Positions 49,522-62,980 of a stretch of DNA of 64,000 bases are shown here, piece by piece (position 1 is the stretch's first letter; the number at the start of each line of letters is the position of its first letter). The DNA comes from Lama glama. Its lineage: Eukaryota. The stretch spans positions 15,006,001-15,070,000 of the forward strand of contig CM052832.1 of the NCBI GenBank assembly GCA_028534125.1, written 5' to 3'. The notes under the pieces were generated by a model, which worked only from the letters and a program-made list of their open reading frames with translations, had not been told where the DNA came from and did not search any database. Made by a program: the position numbers and the translations under genes.

Positions 49522-52500
49522 GAAATGCTGTTTGTCCTGTTACAGGGTGGGAAGCTCTGAGGCTGGAGCCCTCACTCCTGGACCCTTTCTGGAACCCATT
49601 TGCCCAGTCCCATGAAGCGTCAGTACTTGGGGGCATATTGGGGGGCCGGGGTAGAAGTGGGGATGAATGGTGTTGGGGATGAATACCCCTGTGTTGGATG
49701 GGAAAGAAAGGCATTTAGAGTTGTCCTGTCATAGTAGGGGCCAGGTTGGAACTTTCCTGTGAGCTGGTTTGGGTCATGTGTGCTGTGTGGTTCTTCCCTT
49801 TGGGACTTCTTCCTGGAGTGTTGTTTTTGCTTGATGATCTGGATGAAAGCACTATTTTAATTTTAAAATAAATGGATGCATTATGAAGGATGCAAAATCA
49901 CAATGAAGCAGGAGACTTGAGGGAAACTGCCTTAGCAGTGGACAATCTCAACAATCCCTGAGGAGCTGTGCTGCTCTCGGTCCTTCCTTGATAGGATGGT
50001 TGGGGAGTGGGTAGCCTGGTCTAGCCCCTCCACCTGACCAATTTTGCAGTGAGGAGTAGGGACACAGAGGGGAGGGAGAGCAGGGCCTAGTGATGTCCCA
50101 GGCTGTCCTGGGCTAGGGCCTAGTGTTGGCTTGGGCTGAGTTATCACTTCAGCCTGCCTGCCCCAAGCTTAGGAGATGAGGTGACCTGGGCCATCCAGTA
50201 GAGGGGACAAGCCCCAGACTCCTTGCCAGTGTATCTGGGTAAGGCACAGACCCCCAGCCTCTGAGAAGGCCAGACCACAGGTGGGGCTACTGCAGTGTCC
50301 TTATTTGAGCTTTCTATTAAGTACCTTTGTGACACTGGGTGTTTTATAAAGATGATAAAACAACCTGATTGGGTCCTTGGGGCTATGATGTTGGTGAGGG
50401 TCCTTCCCCCCATCTAGAATTGAGCCAGTACCCACTTTATAGGGAGGTGAAAAAGATCAAAGGGGCTGAGAGCTGTCACTGGACGCCTGACAAAGGCTCT
50501 AAGAAAGGTCACTGTCAGCGTTAGGCCTTGAAGTGTGTTCTTGGAAACACCGTTGAGGTGCCCAGTACTCCCACTCCGTGGGAGTGGGCTGTGACTTCTG
50601 TGCTAACCTCTTCCAGAGTGGGGAGGGTCTCGTGTTGGGTGAGGGGGCCTGGGGCCAAAGTGCTTCACCAGCCTAGGGGCTCACAGGTGTTCCTTTTCCT
50701 CCACCCATCTGGTCACACATGAATGTGTCTGTGGCCTCGGTTTTGTGTGTGCTGCCTCAGATTACAGTGAGATGAGTGGGTGGGGCAGGGGGTTAGGAGT
50801 CCCCCAGGTCGCACAGAGACAGATGGGACTGGGAGGTAGAGGCCTAGGAAAGGGATAAGGAAGAGGGGACTGAGGGGGGCATGTTGGGAAAGGAAAGAGG
50901 GGCAGGAGGTGGGGAGATGAGGAGAGAGCCAGAAAGAGACAGCTGGCCATGGCCTGCAGTCCCTAGGTCCCTTTTAACAGCGTTAATGTTCCAGACTGGC
51001 GACAAGAGGGCTCCTCAATAATTAAACTGATAGAAATGAGAGGCTGGGTGAGAAACTTAAAAGCCATTGACAGAGGCAAAAAGGTTGAACTTTGGGGAGG
51101 GAGGTCAGGAGCAGGAGCCTCAGGCAGGAGAGGATGAGGGAGGGGCACCTTGGGGAGGCCAGGGGAGCAGGGATGTCAAGTATTTCAAAGGGCACCACTG
51201 TGCCCCAGCCCCGCTCCCCGCCAAGGCTATTAGTGGGGCCTGCTGGGAACTTCCCCCAGACGCTGTGATTACAGCTCTCCGTCCTCCGAGAGGTGGATTT
51301 CCTGTGCACAGCTCAGGAAGAAGCTCTAGGTTTGGGGCTCTAGAGGTGATTTCCTGCCTGGAGAATGCTAATTGGGTTCTGTCAAGGCCAGGGTATGAGC
51401 AAAACTCAGAACTGCCAGAGCTGGGAGGGGCCAACTCCCTGTCCTACAGATGTGGAAACTGAGCCCTGATTAAGTGATGGGACAGGGCTTGGAGTCAGGT
51501 CCCAGGTCTCAGCTCCTAGACCTGACTCCTTCCAGACTACCTGCCCAAATAAACTGGGCTGGAAGTGGAACTCAAACCTGGGCCTACATTAGGAATCAGC
51601 CCTGACTTTGGGAAGTCATGGATCTCTCAGGTTTTATCCCTCACTCTCTTGATCCCACCCCCTTCCTTCATCTTCATTTTGGCTCCATTCTCCTAGGACA
51701 GGCAATATTGATGAAGGTAAAGGATACCTTTTGGAGGAGATCCTAAACCCAGAGCATGTGGCCTGAACAGTACTATGTTGTGGGGACAGCCTAGGTTCTG
51801 AAGTAGTCAGGTCTGGGTTTGAACCTCTGCTGCACCAGAGTTACTGCACCATAGTCACAGTGTCTGTTCACCATCCCAGTCATTTACACCATGGGATGAA
51901 TGAACCAAAGAGATCTTTTCTTGAGAGCAGCCATTATTGGAGGGAAAAGAACATACTAAATGTCCTGGAAAGAAGCAGTTTTCAAATCCTCGACCTGTAA
52001 GAGTTAAGAAGGATCCAGAAATCATTCTGCTGAATTTCTCATTCATTTTGCAGTGGAGGAAAAAAAACAAAACAAAAGTGAGGCTTGAAGAAGGGGAGAT
52101 TGCATAGCATGGTGGTTAAAAATTTGGACTCTGGAGCCAGATAGCTTTTGCCACGTCAGCAAATTGTTTAGCCTGTTTGTACGTCAGTCTCATTTGTAAA
52201 ATGGGAATGATAGTGGTCTCAGAGGCCAGGTGTGGGAATTCAGGGCTGATGTCCAGAAAAGGCCTAGCATGGTGCTTGGCGCACAGTCAGCCCACAGGGA
52301 ATGTCATCGCACAGCTTGTAACTGGGCCTTAAGTCAGCATGCAGGGCTCCGTCGATGCGGAAGAGGCTGGAACGGGTGGGCAGTGGCAGACGGTGACCTT
52401 TGAGGCTGGTCCTGGAGGGGCCCCACCATCTGCTGGGCCCTGTGTGTCTTCCTGCGGTGTTGAGACTGAGCGGCCAACTTAACTTGTGGATAATGAGAGT

Positions 52501-52929
52501 TTTCTTGCTGTCACAACAGTAGGGCTTCAGAAGGAGCGGGGTGGAGTGGAAGGATGGCAGGAAGGGGCAGGCAGGAGAGAGGGTGGAAGGGATGCCAGCC
52601 AGCAGGTGGGTGGGCAGGTGCCCCAGTTTCCTAGGAGAGGCTGGGCCAGGGATGCTGTTGAGTGACGTTGGCCCTCTGTGGGCCCCCCTCCCCCCAGCCT
52701 GCCCTTGTGAGTTCTTGTCCCACGTGGGGCCATAAATGCTGTTAGGGTTTGGGTCTGCTTCTAGAGAAAGCTGCCTGCCTGATGCTTCGCCCCTCAGCAC
52801 CTAGCCCAGGGCTCCTGGGGAAGCTTTGTGGCTCAGCTGATACCAGATCTTCTGTTGAGGATGTGGCTTTTGTATCTTCAGAGTGTTTTCACTGTACAGC
52901 CGAGAAGAACTTTTAAGAGGGTCCACCCA

Positions 52930-53590
52930 CTCTCCTACACCTGCTTGTCTTCCTTGGAGACAGTTCTGTCCAGCGCCCAGGCCAAAAAACTTGGTGGCAT
53001 TTTTGACCTCCCTGTTACTGTCAGCAAAGCCTGCAGGCTTGCCCTAAGAATGCGTCCCGGAGACGCCTACCTGCTTCCGCCCCAGCCCATGCTCTCTTAC
53101 CCAGATGGTGCAGAAACCTCTCTTCCCTCTCCCTGCTTCCAAAGGGGTCTCTTCACAGTCAAACCTTTGCTCAGCAGCCAGGGCAATCTTTCTAAAAGCC
53201 AAATCAAATCTGCTCACCCCTCTGCTTAAACTTTTTATTGACTGTTGGTTGCTCTTAGATTAAAATGCAAACTTTCAAACTCCTGCCAGTCTGAGAGGCC
53301 CTGTGCTATCATCCTTTTGTCTCCCTTGGTTCACTCCACACCAGTCATACTGTTTTCTTTATATTCTTTGAAGACATGAGGCCATTTTCCATTTTCCCAC
53401 CACAGGGCCTTTGCACCTGCTGTCCCCTCTGTCTGGAATGTTATCTCCTACTCTCTGAGGCTGGATCTTTCTTATTCAACCTACAGCTTAAATGGGCTCT
53501 CTTCAGAGAAACACCCTCCTTCCCCCAGTTATTCTGTCTTATTTCCCATATTTCCCTTCTTGGTTGTCATCACAGTTTGTAGTCATGTTG
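52930..53590 (+). mobile_element. L2 fragment
   Basis: cagcagccagggcaatctttctaaaa..cagggcctttgcacctgctgtcccctctgtctggaatg. Confidence 0.75.
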
Positions 53591-53634
53591 GTGTTTGTTT
53601 GTTTGTTTGTTTTCCTGTTTCTGTTGGCTTCCAC

Positions 53635-53835
53635 TCCGACCCCTGCCCATTTTTGTATGGTCCGTGAACCAAGAATGGTCTTTGTGTTTTAAATGTTTGA
53701 AAACAATTAAAAAAATAGCAGTATGTCATGACACAGGAAAATTATGTGAAATTCAAATTTCAGCCTCCATAAAGTTTTATGGGAACACAGCCATGCCTGA
53801 TCATTTATGTTTTTTCTGGGGCTGCTCTCGAGCTA
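53635..53835. mobile_element. MER58-type hAT-Charlie fragment
   Basis: ttttgtatggtccgtgaaccaagaatgg..gaaattcaaatttcag..ataaagttttatgggaacacagccatg. Confidence 0.75.
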
Positions 53836-54329
53836 TGCCCTTGGAAGATGGAGTCCATCAGCTGCACTCTCAGCTGCACCTATAAGACCTCAGTGGATGC
53901 CAGGTCCCCAGGAGGCCCTCAGGAAATCTTGGTCGAATGGACTCATGGAGAGTGAGGCTGCCCCCAGGTCCCTCTAAGCTCTGTGGTGACAGTGGGTATC
54001 CCCAGTCTGCAGAGCCTGCATAAACTCCTGGCTATGGGGATGAGAGTAGCTGAGCTTACCTTACCATGGGGTCCAGCCACTGCCCACCAGTGCCCACTGG
54101 TGCCCACCAGTTTGGTGACCCCTGGGCCGCCTGGATGTGTTTCCTCTGCCCAAACACCTCCAGCTCCTCACTGGCTTATGGAATCCTTTCCACTTAAAGC
54201 TTTGTTCCCTGTTAGAGGGTATCCCCATGTCCCACTGTAGGCTGTTATTAGAGATTTCTCCCAAGAAGCAGTAAATGTTTGGAGGTGAATGAGGGACCCT
54301 CTTGAAGAGGTGGTTGAGGTGAAATAATC

Positions 54330-54530
54330 CCATCATTTACATGGCATGTATCCTGTGCCAGAGTCTGCCCTAATTGTCACAGCAAACCCAGGGATAAGTG
54401 TACAGTGGTTATTCCCATTTTACAGATGAAGAACGAGGCCAAGAGAAGCTAAGCAACTTGCCCAGAGTCACACAGTCAGTATATAAATCCAGGCTATTGG
54501 GCTTTGAATCTGCTCTTCTTACTGCTCTGC
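54330..54530. mobile_element. MIR
   Basis: attcccattttacagatgaagaacgaggcc..gcaacttgcccagagtcacacag. Confidence 0.8.
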
Positions 54531-55449
54531 TCTCCTGCCTCTTGGCCATCAGATGGTCTTGGGTTTGAGACTTGACCTAATACTCACTGTGTGGTCTTTC
54601 TGAGCCTGTTTGTGCATCTGTAAAAGGAGTGTGTTGATACTCATCTGGCAGAAATGATGTGTGTAAAGTGTGTAGCAGGTGCTTAGGGGATGCTGGTGTT
54701 AGCAGAACAGGTTGGATAGACCCTTACAGTGTGCAGCGCTGGGCAACCGAGGGAGCAGGGGAGGAGTGGGAGAGGTCTTAGAAGTGATCTTGCTGAGGGT
54801 GACCGTTGGGGCTGTTCTCCTGAGGTGAGGACCACACAGCTCTCCCTCTGCTTTCACAGCATCTCTCTTTCCCCCAAGCCCCAGGCGTCCCTTTGTGGTG
54901 GGAGCCTGGGAAGGGGGACTGGCGGCTTATCACAGTCACCTGGGGAGCATTAGATTCCTGAACCTGCGGTGGGCTGAGGAGACCTGGGGCCCGGTATGTA
55001 TTTGGACACCCGCTGGGATGCTCAGTTGGCTGCTGGACAGATGCTCTGAGTCCCACTTGGTATCCCGGTATTCCCGTCCCAGTCTGGCTTCTCCAGGGAG
55101 CTCCCCTGTCCACCCTGCAGCCCTCTTAAGCCCACTTCCTCTGAGGTGCATCTAGGATTGCAGGGGAAGTTTGGGTGTGGAAACAAGAGAGTTTCAGCTC
55201 TGGTCACTGGACTGGTAAACAGGCTCATTATTGTGGAATTAAAAGGAGGGAGTGGAGGCCTATGAGGGCCTCTGGGTAGGCTTCCAGGAGATGCCCTGGA
55301 GGAAGCCTGGTGGGCTCCTGGAACAGCGGGTAGGAGCTGACAGTGCCCCTGGGTGAGGCATGGAGAGGCTGAGGAGGGGCTCATGTTTATGACTGCTGGT
55401 TTCTGGCTCACTGTTCCCCATCTGGACCTTGGTTTGCCCAGCTGTAAGA

Positions 55450-55970
55450 ATCCATTCATTCATTCGCTCACTCATGTGTTCATTGATTCATTCACCGAAG
55501 CTCTATTGCACATCTCCTCTGTGCCTCCATCTGGCTGCACATTGGAATCAGCCGGGGAGTTAAAAAAATCCTGGTGTCCGAGCCCCACCCCAGAAATTCA
55601 GATGATACTCACATGCAATCCAGGTGGAGAACCACCACTCTAAGCAACTTTATGAGGCAGAAACAAAGCAGATGGAGGCCTTGTGGGCTTCTCTGTTTGA
55701 AGGGAAGGCAGTCAGTGAACAGGTAAAACACATAAACGTATAATGTCAAGGGGGGAGCAGTTCCCTGCAGGAAAATGGCTTGAGAGCCATGGGAAGTTAG
55801 GGTGCCAATTTAGATGGGATGGTTGGAAGTGGGCTTTTTGAAGAGGGGACATTTGTGCATAAACTTGAGTTGAGTGAAGTGGGTCACTCTATGGATATCT
55901 GGAGGAAGAGTGTTCCAGGTAGAGGGAACAGCAAGTGCAAAAGTCCTGGGGCAGGACTGTGCTTGGTTGT
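55450..55970 (-). mobile_element. L2 (minus) with a MER5-like insert at about 55525-55640
   Basis: cattcattcattc start; ggaagagtgttccaggtagagggaacagcaagtgcaaaag; insert ggctgcacattggaatca..gagaaccac. Confidence 0.7.
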
Positions 55971-56249
55971 TGACTTGACCCAGGAGCTCAAGAAGGAAGA
56001 CCCAGACAGCCCTGGGGGCAGGGAGAGGGGGACAAAGGGGGCTCCAAACCCCACATCCTGTCCTAGCTGCAAAGGATGTTGTGGGAGGAGGGTCACCAGG
56101 ATTCTTATGACCTTGGACAAGTCACTGGGTCTCTCAGGAATTCAGTTTCCTCACCTGTAAAATAGGTAGGTGGTCCCTGACCAGTCCCTGTGAAGCTACA
56201 GAGGTGATGGGGAGGACACTAAAGGGCAGACTGGAGCCTGAGGAGCATT

Positions 56250-56465
56250 AGCATTTGGTGGTTAAAGTATGGATCCTGGGCCAGATGGCCTGGGTTCATG
56301 CCCCTGCTTTGCCATTTATTACCTGGAGGCACCTCTCTGTGCCTCAGTTTCCTTGTCTGTAAAATGGGGACCCTTGTAGCACCCACCTCACAGGGCGATA
56401 TGAGGATTAAATGAGGAATACATGGAAAGTGCACAGGGCGATGCCTGGCACGTAGACTGTGGTTA
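56250..56465. mobile_element. MIR
   Basis: gtggttaaag..cctgggttc..ctctgtgcctcagtttccttgtctgtaaaatggg..tgaggattaaatgag. Confidence 0.85.
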
Positions 56466-58384
56466 TCGACTGAGTGCCTGGTGGTAGCGGGCAGCCCGGA
56501 ACAATGGCCTTGGAGGCAGCCATGCTGTAGGTGGCTCAGATTCCAGCCCCAGATCACTCAGCCTCTCTGGACCTCACTCATTTCACCTGTAAAATGAACA
56601 GAATCCCATGGACCTTTCTGGGTACGGATGTAAAATGATGAGTGGGGAGCTGGCATGTGGTGGGTGCAGAGTAGGGCTCAATAATGTTAGTCCTCATTTC
56701 CTGCTGAGCATCCAACAGGGCTTCGAAGGGGTGTTGTCTGAGCCATGGAGGGTGGGGAGCTCTGTGAGGTGGAGGGACAGGTTGCTGGCTTTGGCAGAGG
56801 GATGACTGGTGCACGTACCTGAGTCCCGCTGTGTGATGGTCCTGGTGTCCTCCCCACCCCCACGCTATTAGGTGTGGGGGACTGTTGAGTGGTCTCCGAG
56901 TCCCACCAACAACCAGGCCAGGGCTAAGGTTCCCCTTACCAGAAGCCTCCCATAGCTCAGAGACCTGCGTTCTGGGCCTGGCTCTGCTGCTGGCTCACTG
57001 TGTGACCTTGGATGGGTTGCTGCCCTCTCTGTGAGATGAGGGCATTAGATTAGGTAGGCTCTGACCCTACTCCGCTACCTGCGGCCCTTCCTGCAGAAGG
57101 AGCGCTGAGCTTACTCCGCAGTGTTCAGGCTGGCTAAGGTCTTGCCGCAGCCTCCGTGGCCTTGATCACGTGCCGTGCTTTCCAAAACTTGCCTCTGCGC
57201 CTTTGCCCTCCTCCTGGAACGCCCTTCTTGATGTCTAGTGGGCGGAATCAGACTCCTCCTCCAAGCTCTGACTCAAAATCTGAGTTTCCTGACCTTCCAA
57301 GGGCTGAAACCCTGGTGTAATAGGGTCTCCTGTGTGGCGTTTGCGTCTCCCCAAAGTCCACAAGCATGCTGAGGACAGAACTGGGCTGGTCCTCTCTTGG
57401 TCATCCCCTCATGCCCAGTGCCTGGACTGGAGACAGACAGGCAGGCAGACAAACCAGGGAGCTTGCCAGCCTTGGGACCACATGTGGGACTGCACAAGGG
57501 AGCTGTGCCAGCTACAGGTTGGGGCTCACACAGCTGAAGGGTTAAGCCCATCATACCTCCCCCTGCCCAGCCCTGAATGAATGGTGTGCTTTTCAGTTTC
57601 CCCCCAATTTATTAAACTAGCATTTTTATGACCCAGGCATGTTGGAAATGAAAAGAAGGCAAATTCTATTTTATATTCCAATTGACCTTTCCACTTGCCG
57701 CTTGATTGGCTGGCCTGGGCCGGGGCGAGGCAATGAGATGCAGACTCTGGCCTCACTCCCTGGTTCCGCTCCCTGGTTCCGGGGCTGCCGTGGAAAGCCT
57801 GGCCGGAAGCTGTGTCAGGGGAGGGGAGCAGGGACACCCTTAATCTGAGGCCCTCTTCCTCTGTATGTCGGCCCTCAGCCCTCTGACTCATTCTGTCTGA
57901 CTCTGTGGCTTTCTCTGTTGCCCTCTCATGTCCTCTGCCAGCTCTCTCTCCCTCCTGGTCCCTTTCAGACTTTCTCTGGCTCTGTTTGGGTGACCTGGGA
58001 CAGCCTCATCCTAGGGCCCTGTGGATAAGGCCAGGAGGTCGAAGCGGCTGACAAACCCACCCAACCCTGGCCAGGCGCTCCTCACCCTGGCACCCACCCT
58101 GGTGCCCATGGGCCTCACACCTTGATTCTCGCCTTTGGCATCTCAGTGCTGAGTACCTCCTAGTGGGCACCCACCTACCCAAGTCCGTTTCCCCTGACTC
58201 AGGGTGCCCACCACAGCTCCAGAAATTTCCCCTTGAAAATGTGGACTGGCACGGTTACGTCTCGAGGCTGCTCTGGGCTCTGCTTTGCTCACCTATGGGA
58301 TGACAAGGGCTGGCTCTGCATCTTGCCCAGGGCTGTGGGGAGACCAGGCCAGGCACAGGGGCATGGACCCACTTTGAAAAGGGA

Positions 58385-58550
58385 AAATCTCAGCTCTGCC
58401 ATCTATAGGCTCTGTGACCTTGGGCAGGTCGAGTAACCTCTCTGAGCCCAGCTTCCGGTGTGTCAAATGGATAGGGCAGTTGTCAGTATTAAATGAGATG
58501 GTGTAAAGTGGCTGGCCCAGTGCCTGGTGCCCAGAGGTGCTTAGGAACAG
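58385..58550. mobile_element. MIR
   Basis: ctgtgaccttgggcagg..aacctctctgagcc..attaaatgagatg. Confidence 0.7.
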
Positions 58551-59329
58551 TAGCTGCTGTGATGTATGCTCAGGTGTGAGGAGGAGGCTGGCTATGTCTC
58601 CTTGTCCTTCCTTCCTTCCCTCATTCTGGGACTTCAGTCCTCCCCCAGCCTTTCTGGGCTCTGCTGAGAGGTGCCCCAGGGTGACCAGGTGGCCTGAAGC
58701 TCTGCTCAGCCCTGCCCCTGGCCCAGCGCAGGGACAGTGAGGGTGGAAAGAGGTCAGTGGCCAGGGGGGATTGAAAATGCTTTGCAGCTGAAATATCTGG
58801 AGGGCGGGAGGGAGCCCACTGAGCTCCATCCCTGGCCCTGGGCAGAGTGGAGAGGGGCCCTAATGGTCCTCGGTGGTGTCTCATGTCAGGGCTGCAGAGT
58901 GAAGAGAGGCAGCACTTACCTCATTCTCTGCCCCCCTGGGGCTGTGGTTTAGGGGACAGTTCGGGGCGGCATTAACCTCTGTCAGGGCTGCTGCCAGGGG
59001 CAGAGGGGTGTTTGTGTTCAGTGCAGCTTCCCCCATGCTGAGCATCCTCCCTCCTTCCAAGCTCAGGTTCTGGAAGCTGCCAGGGCATCCAGTGTGGCCC
59101 GTACCCCAGAGGGGCGGGAAGAGGGCAAAGCTTATCTTCTAGGAATGAATTGGGGTGGGGACATGGGGGGCTTGTCTTCCAGGATGGGCTCTGCTCTGAG
59201 AGGACCTGCCTGCAGGAACTGGGGTGCACACAGCTCTCAAGAAGAGCCTTCTATTTTTATTAAAGATGAATGACATATTCCATGTGGGTCTGACAGGAAG
59301 GGTTTCTCTCTTTCACCAGGCATCATATA

Positions 59330-59960
59330 TTTTAATAATGAACTCCTTCAAGCATATGGAAAATTATAAAGGATAATCTAATCAACTGCCCTGTACCACC
59401 TCCTGGCTTGGTCAAATATTGATATTTTGCTCTAACAGTGTCAAAATTTGTTTTCCTTTTAAGAAAGAAAACATTGCAAACATAATCTGAGGCCCCGTCA
59501 TGCGTCTCCTCGTCCCACTCCTTTTCTTCCCCACCAGAGGCAGTCACAGTCCTGTCCTGTGTGGGTTGTTTTTAATTCCTGTGTACTAGGAAAAATATAT
59601 ATACATATATAGATTCATAAATAAAACTTTAGTTCTGTGTTGCATGTTTTAAGCTTGATAGAAACGAGATAATACCGTATATTCTGTGGCTGGCTCGTTG
59701 TCACTTGCCTACGTGTCTAATGTCACGTCTATGTGGTTTGCTTTGTTCCTCTCCCTTGCCGGGTACGTTGCCACTGCGACAGTGCCCTGTGCGATTACTG
59801 TCCATTCTGCGTGGTCACCTGGGCAGTTCCCTGATGATCTTTCTGCCTGACCATCCTTGCCAGCGTCTCCTTGTGCTCTTAGAGAGTTTCTCGTGGGTCA
59901 CACCCAGGAGCAGAATTGCAGACTCGTGGGGGAATAAGCCTCCTGAACTTTCGCAGAGCC
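59330..59960 (-). mobile_element. L1ME-like fragments
   Basis: T-rich L1 3'UTR-like text and cacacccaggagcagaattgc. Confidence 0.5.
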
Positions 59961-62849
59961 TTCCCGTCCTCTGTGCCAGGGCGCGGGTTTCCAAACCTGC
60001 CTCCCTGTTGGGATCCCTGGGGGCTTGTTAACAGAAGTGTTCCCGGGGTGCCTGGGCCTAAGCCACCCTGCTAAGGAGACTCTCAGGGTATCGAGTCTTG
60101 TTTCATCAAGCCCCGGGGGTTTCTTGGACCTGCATTTGGAGGTGCCCCTCTTGGCTGTGCCATCTGCTCACTGTGTGATTTTCGGCCAGTTGCTGGGCCT
60201 CTCTGAGCTAGGGTGTCCTCATCTATAAACTAGGGATAATGATGAGGTACAGGCTCAGTCAGGGCTGGCCCTTACCTTCCCAGGGTGTAGCCTGTGGTGT
60301 GCCCAGGGTGGCTGCAGCCTGGCTGGGCTCTGGCGTCATCTAGAGAAGGGATGTCCTTGATGCCATCTGTGAAGTCGTGCTTGGATGCATTGTTTTGCTC
60401 AACAAACATCACGGACCCTTGCTTTGTGGAGACTGTGTTACGCTTTAGAAACACAGAGTATGGGTCAAGGATCCTGAGCTCTGGAGCTGAACGGGTAGTA
60501 ATTTCTTGAAAGTGAAACAAGTGCTCCAATGGGAGTGGACAGGGTGCCCTGGGGATGTGTGAGAGGGGCCCTTAACCAGCCCGGGGCGGGGTATCAGGGA
60601 AGGCTTCATGTAGGAGGACAGTTAGCTGAGACTCAACGGCCAAGACACAGTTAGCTAGGCTGAGGGGCGCACCAGCTGGCAGGGGAGGGCGTTTCAGGCC
60701 GAGCAATCCAGCGTCCACAGGCCGTGGTGAGAGAGTGCGTGAGCCTGGTGTGCTCGCGCTGGGGGGTTGGCTGTCCCCCCCACCAGGGGTTGCTGGCGTG
60801 ACCTGCAGGAGCTGGAGCCTGACACAGGCGGCTACTTTCCCCGCAGTGGCCGCTCTTGACTGTAAGGCGGCCTCAGGTTGCAGCTGGAAGGGGTTTATGG
60901 GAAGCCTGAAGTGTGAGGAAATGTTAAGTGCCTTATAAGTACTTTGATTATTTTAAATTGCTTAAGTGGTTTCTAAGATGGTCCTAAGTGTCCCGGTGAC
61001 ACAGACACAAAATCAATTAGGAAAGTACAACAAACTCAATAAGAGGAAAGTATCCCCCTCACCTGCCTTCCCTCCCCCGACACCCACATGGGCCTGGCCG
61101 GTCAGCCTGAACACCAGACCTGGGATCCCCCAACCCCTGTGCTGGGCTCTCCCTGCCTTGAGCCCTGGCCTCTCTCTCAAGCATTTCCAGTAGAGGTGGG
61201 AGTTGGATGGGAGGAGAGAGGGTATGTATGTGGGGGTACCTGAGAAGGTCTCCTTTAAAGATGCTTCGCTCTGCTGAAGGAGCCTTTTGTCTGGCAGATG
61301 GGGGACCTGGAGCACCTTGGGATGAAAAGCATCCTTTTCAATTACAGCATTACTGTGTGAATGCATCAGACATTCCGCTGGGTGTTCAGAGGAACTGGAG
61401 GACATACCCCAGCCCCTGCCTCCCTGGAGGCAGCCACTGTGTGCCCTTCCAGAGAGTTCTCAGGCCTGGGCCTGGCCGCCGTGTCACACACTCTGGGGCA
61501 CCAGCGGTGGGGATGTGTGCACACGTGTGTTCTCCCCCAACATTTTCACACAACCACAGCTGCTGCTTGGTGACCTCACGGCCCTCTCTGGGCTTGCCTC
61601 TGCCAGGGCCGAAGGCCTTTGTGTGGCCCCCAGTCTGCCCACTTCTGGTCTCCTCAGGACAGACGCTTAGTGGTTTCTCATCTTGTGCTTTTATAAACGG
61701 ATGGGTGACTCTGTGATTGGCCACTTCTCACTTCTCCATAGGGCGGATTCCTACAAACAAGTGCTGGGTCAAAGGGCAAGTGTGTAACTTCTTTCTCTCC
61801 TGCCAGCTAGTGACTAATCCTATCAAAACCACTTTCGTGCCTATACTCTGCTGCCCTCTGGACCTCACGGCTGCCTTGTGTGTCCATTTCATAGAAGGAG
61901 CTTCCCCACTTCTTCCTGGAGGGCCTTAAAACTCTTCTTTTGGGGGGCTTGAAACTATTTTTTTCCTATGCAAACATGGTCTTAAGTATCAGAGTATGCA
62001 CTGTCTCATTTCTCCTATGCCTCAAGGTACACAGTGAAATGAGAGAAAAGCCTTGTCACCTAGAGCACTTTATACATATTTACTGTATTACTTTTGCATA
62101 ATTTACTGAACTCCCTTTGAAAGAGACATGACACCCCATATTGAATTCCTACCCATTCTTCCTAATTCTTCATCTCGAGCTTCCAGCCTCCACCTTGTCT
62201 GGGACCATCCCTGCCCACACCAGCCCTCACCTGCCTCTGACTCCAACTCCTAATGGTTGGTGCTTTCACATCCTCTAGTCTCCCTGTTGAGAGAGTGAGC
62301 TGGACCCTGAGGTTAGGGTCTATGTCATCTGTTTCTTTTGTGGGTCCCCACAGAATTGAGACAGATGAGTTAAAATTTTTTTTAACAGAAAGATATCAAT
62401 GTGAAAAAAAGTCTCTCTGTGCCTAAAAGAAATCAGGCACAGAACTTACTGGAAAATAGGCAGCAGGTACCTGATTCAACATGAGAGATCAAATGAGTGG
62501 GTTTTGTTTCAGTTTGTACAGTTGTATTTGTTTGCTGATGCTGGTCAAGGATCTACTACAAGCCCCATATTTCGCTGTTGAATGAGACCTTTTTTTCCCC
62601 TTAGCTTTTGTTTGGTTTCCAGTTCAATCAAAAATATGTATATTTTATGTGCAGCTTGAGGTTCAGCATATGTGTATGGCACACGGTTTTCAGAACTTCC
62701 ACGTGCCTGCTCTAGGCAGCTTTGGAGCATTTCTAGCAACTGAGACAGGACCAGAGGGCCTGGTGGAGAACAGGAGAAGGGAACTGGGGGATCAGTCACA
62801 ACAGCTCACCGTATACCATCTTTCATAGTCGCTTCTTGATCATTCCACC

Positions 62850-62980
62850 AACAATCCTTCAGAGTGGTCAGGGCAGATGTCCTATTTTATAGATGAAGAA
62901 ACTGAGGTCCAGAGAAGTGAATGTGTGGGAGGCCACCTAGCTAGTCAGAATCAGAGCTGGGCTTAGAATCAGGGTCCCAG
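62850..62980. mobile_element. MIR
   Basis: cctattttatagatgaagaaactgaggtccagagaagtgaa..agagctggg. Confidence 0.8.
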
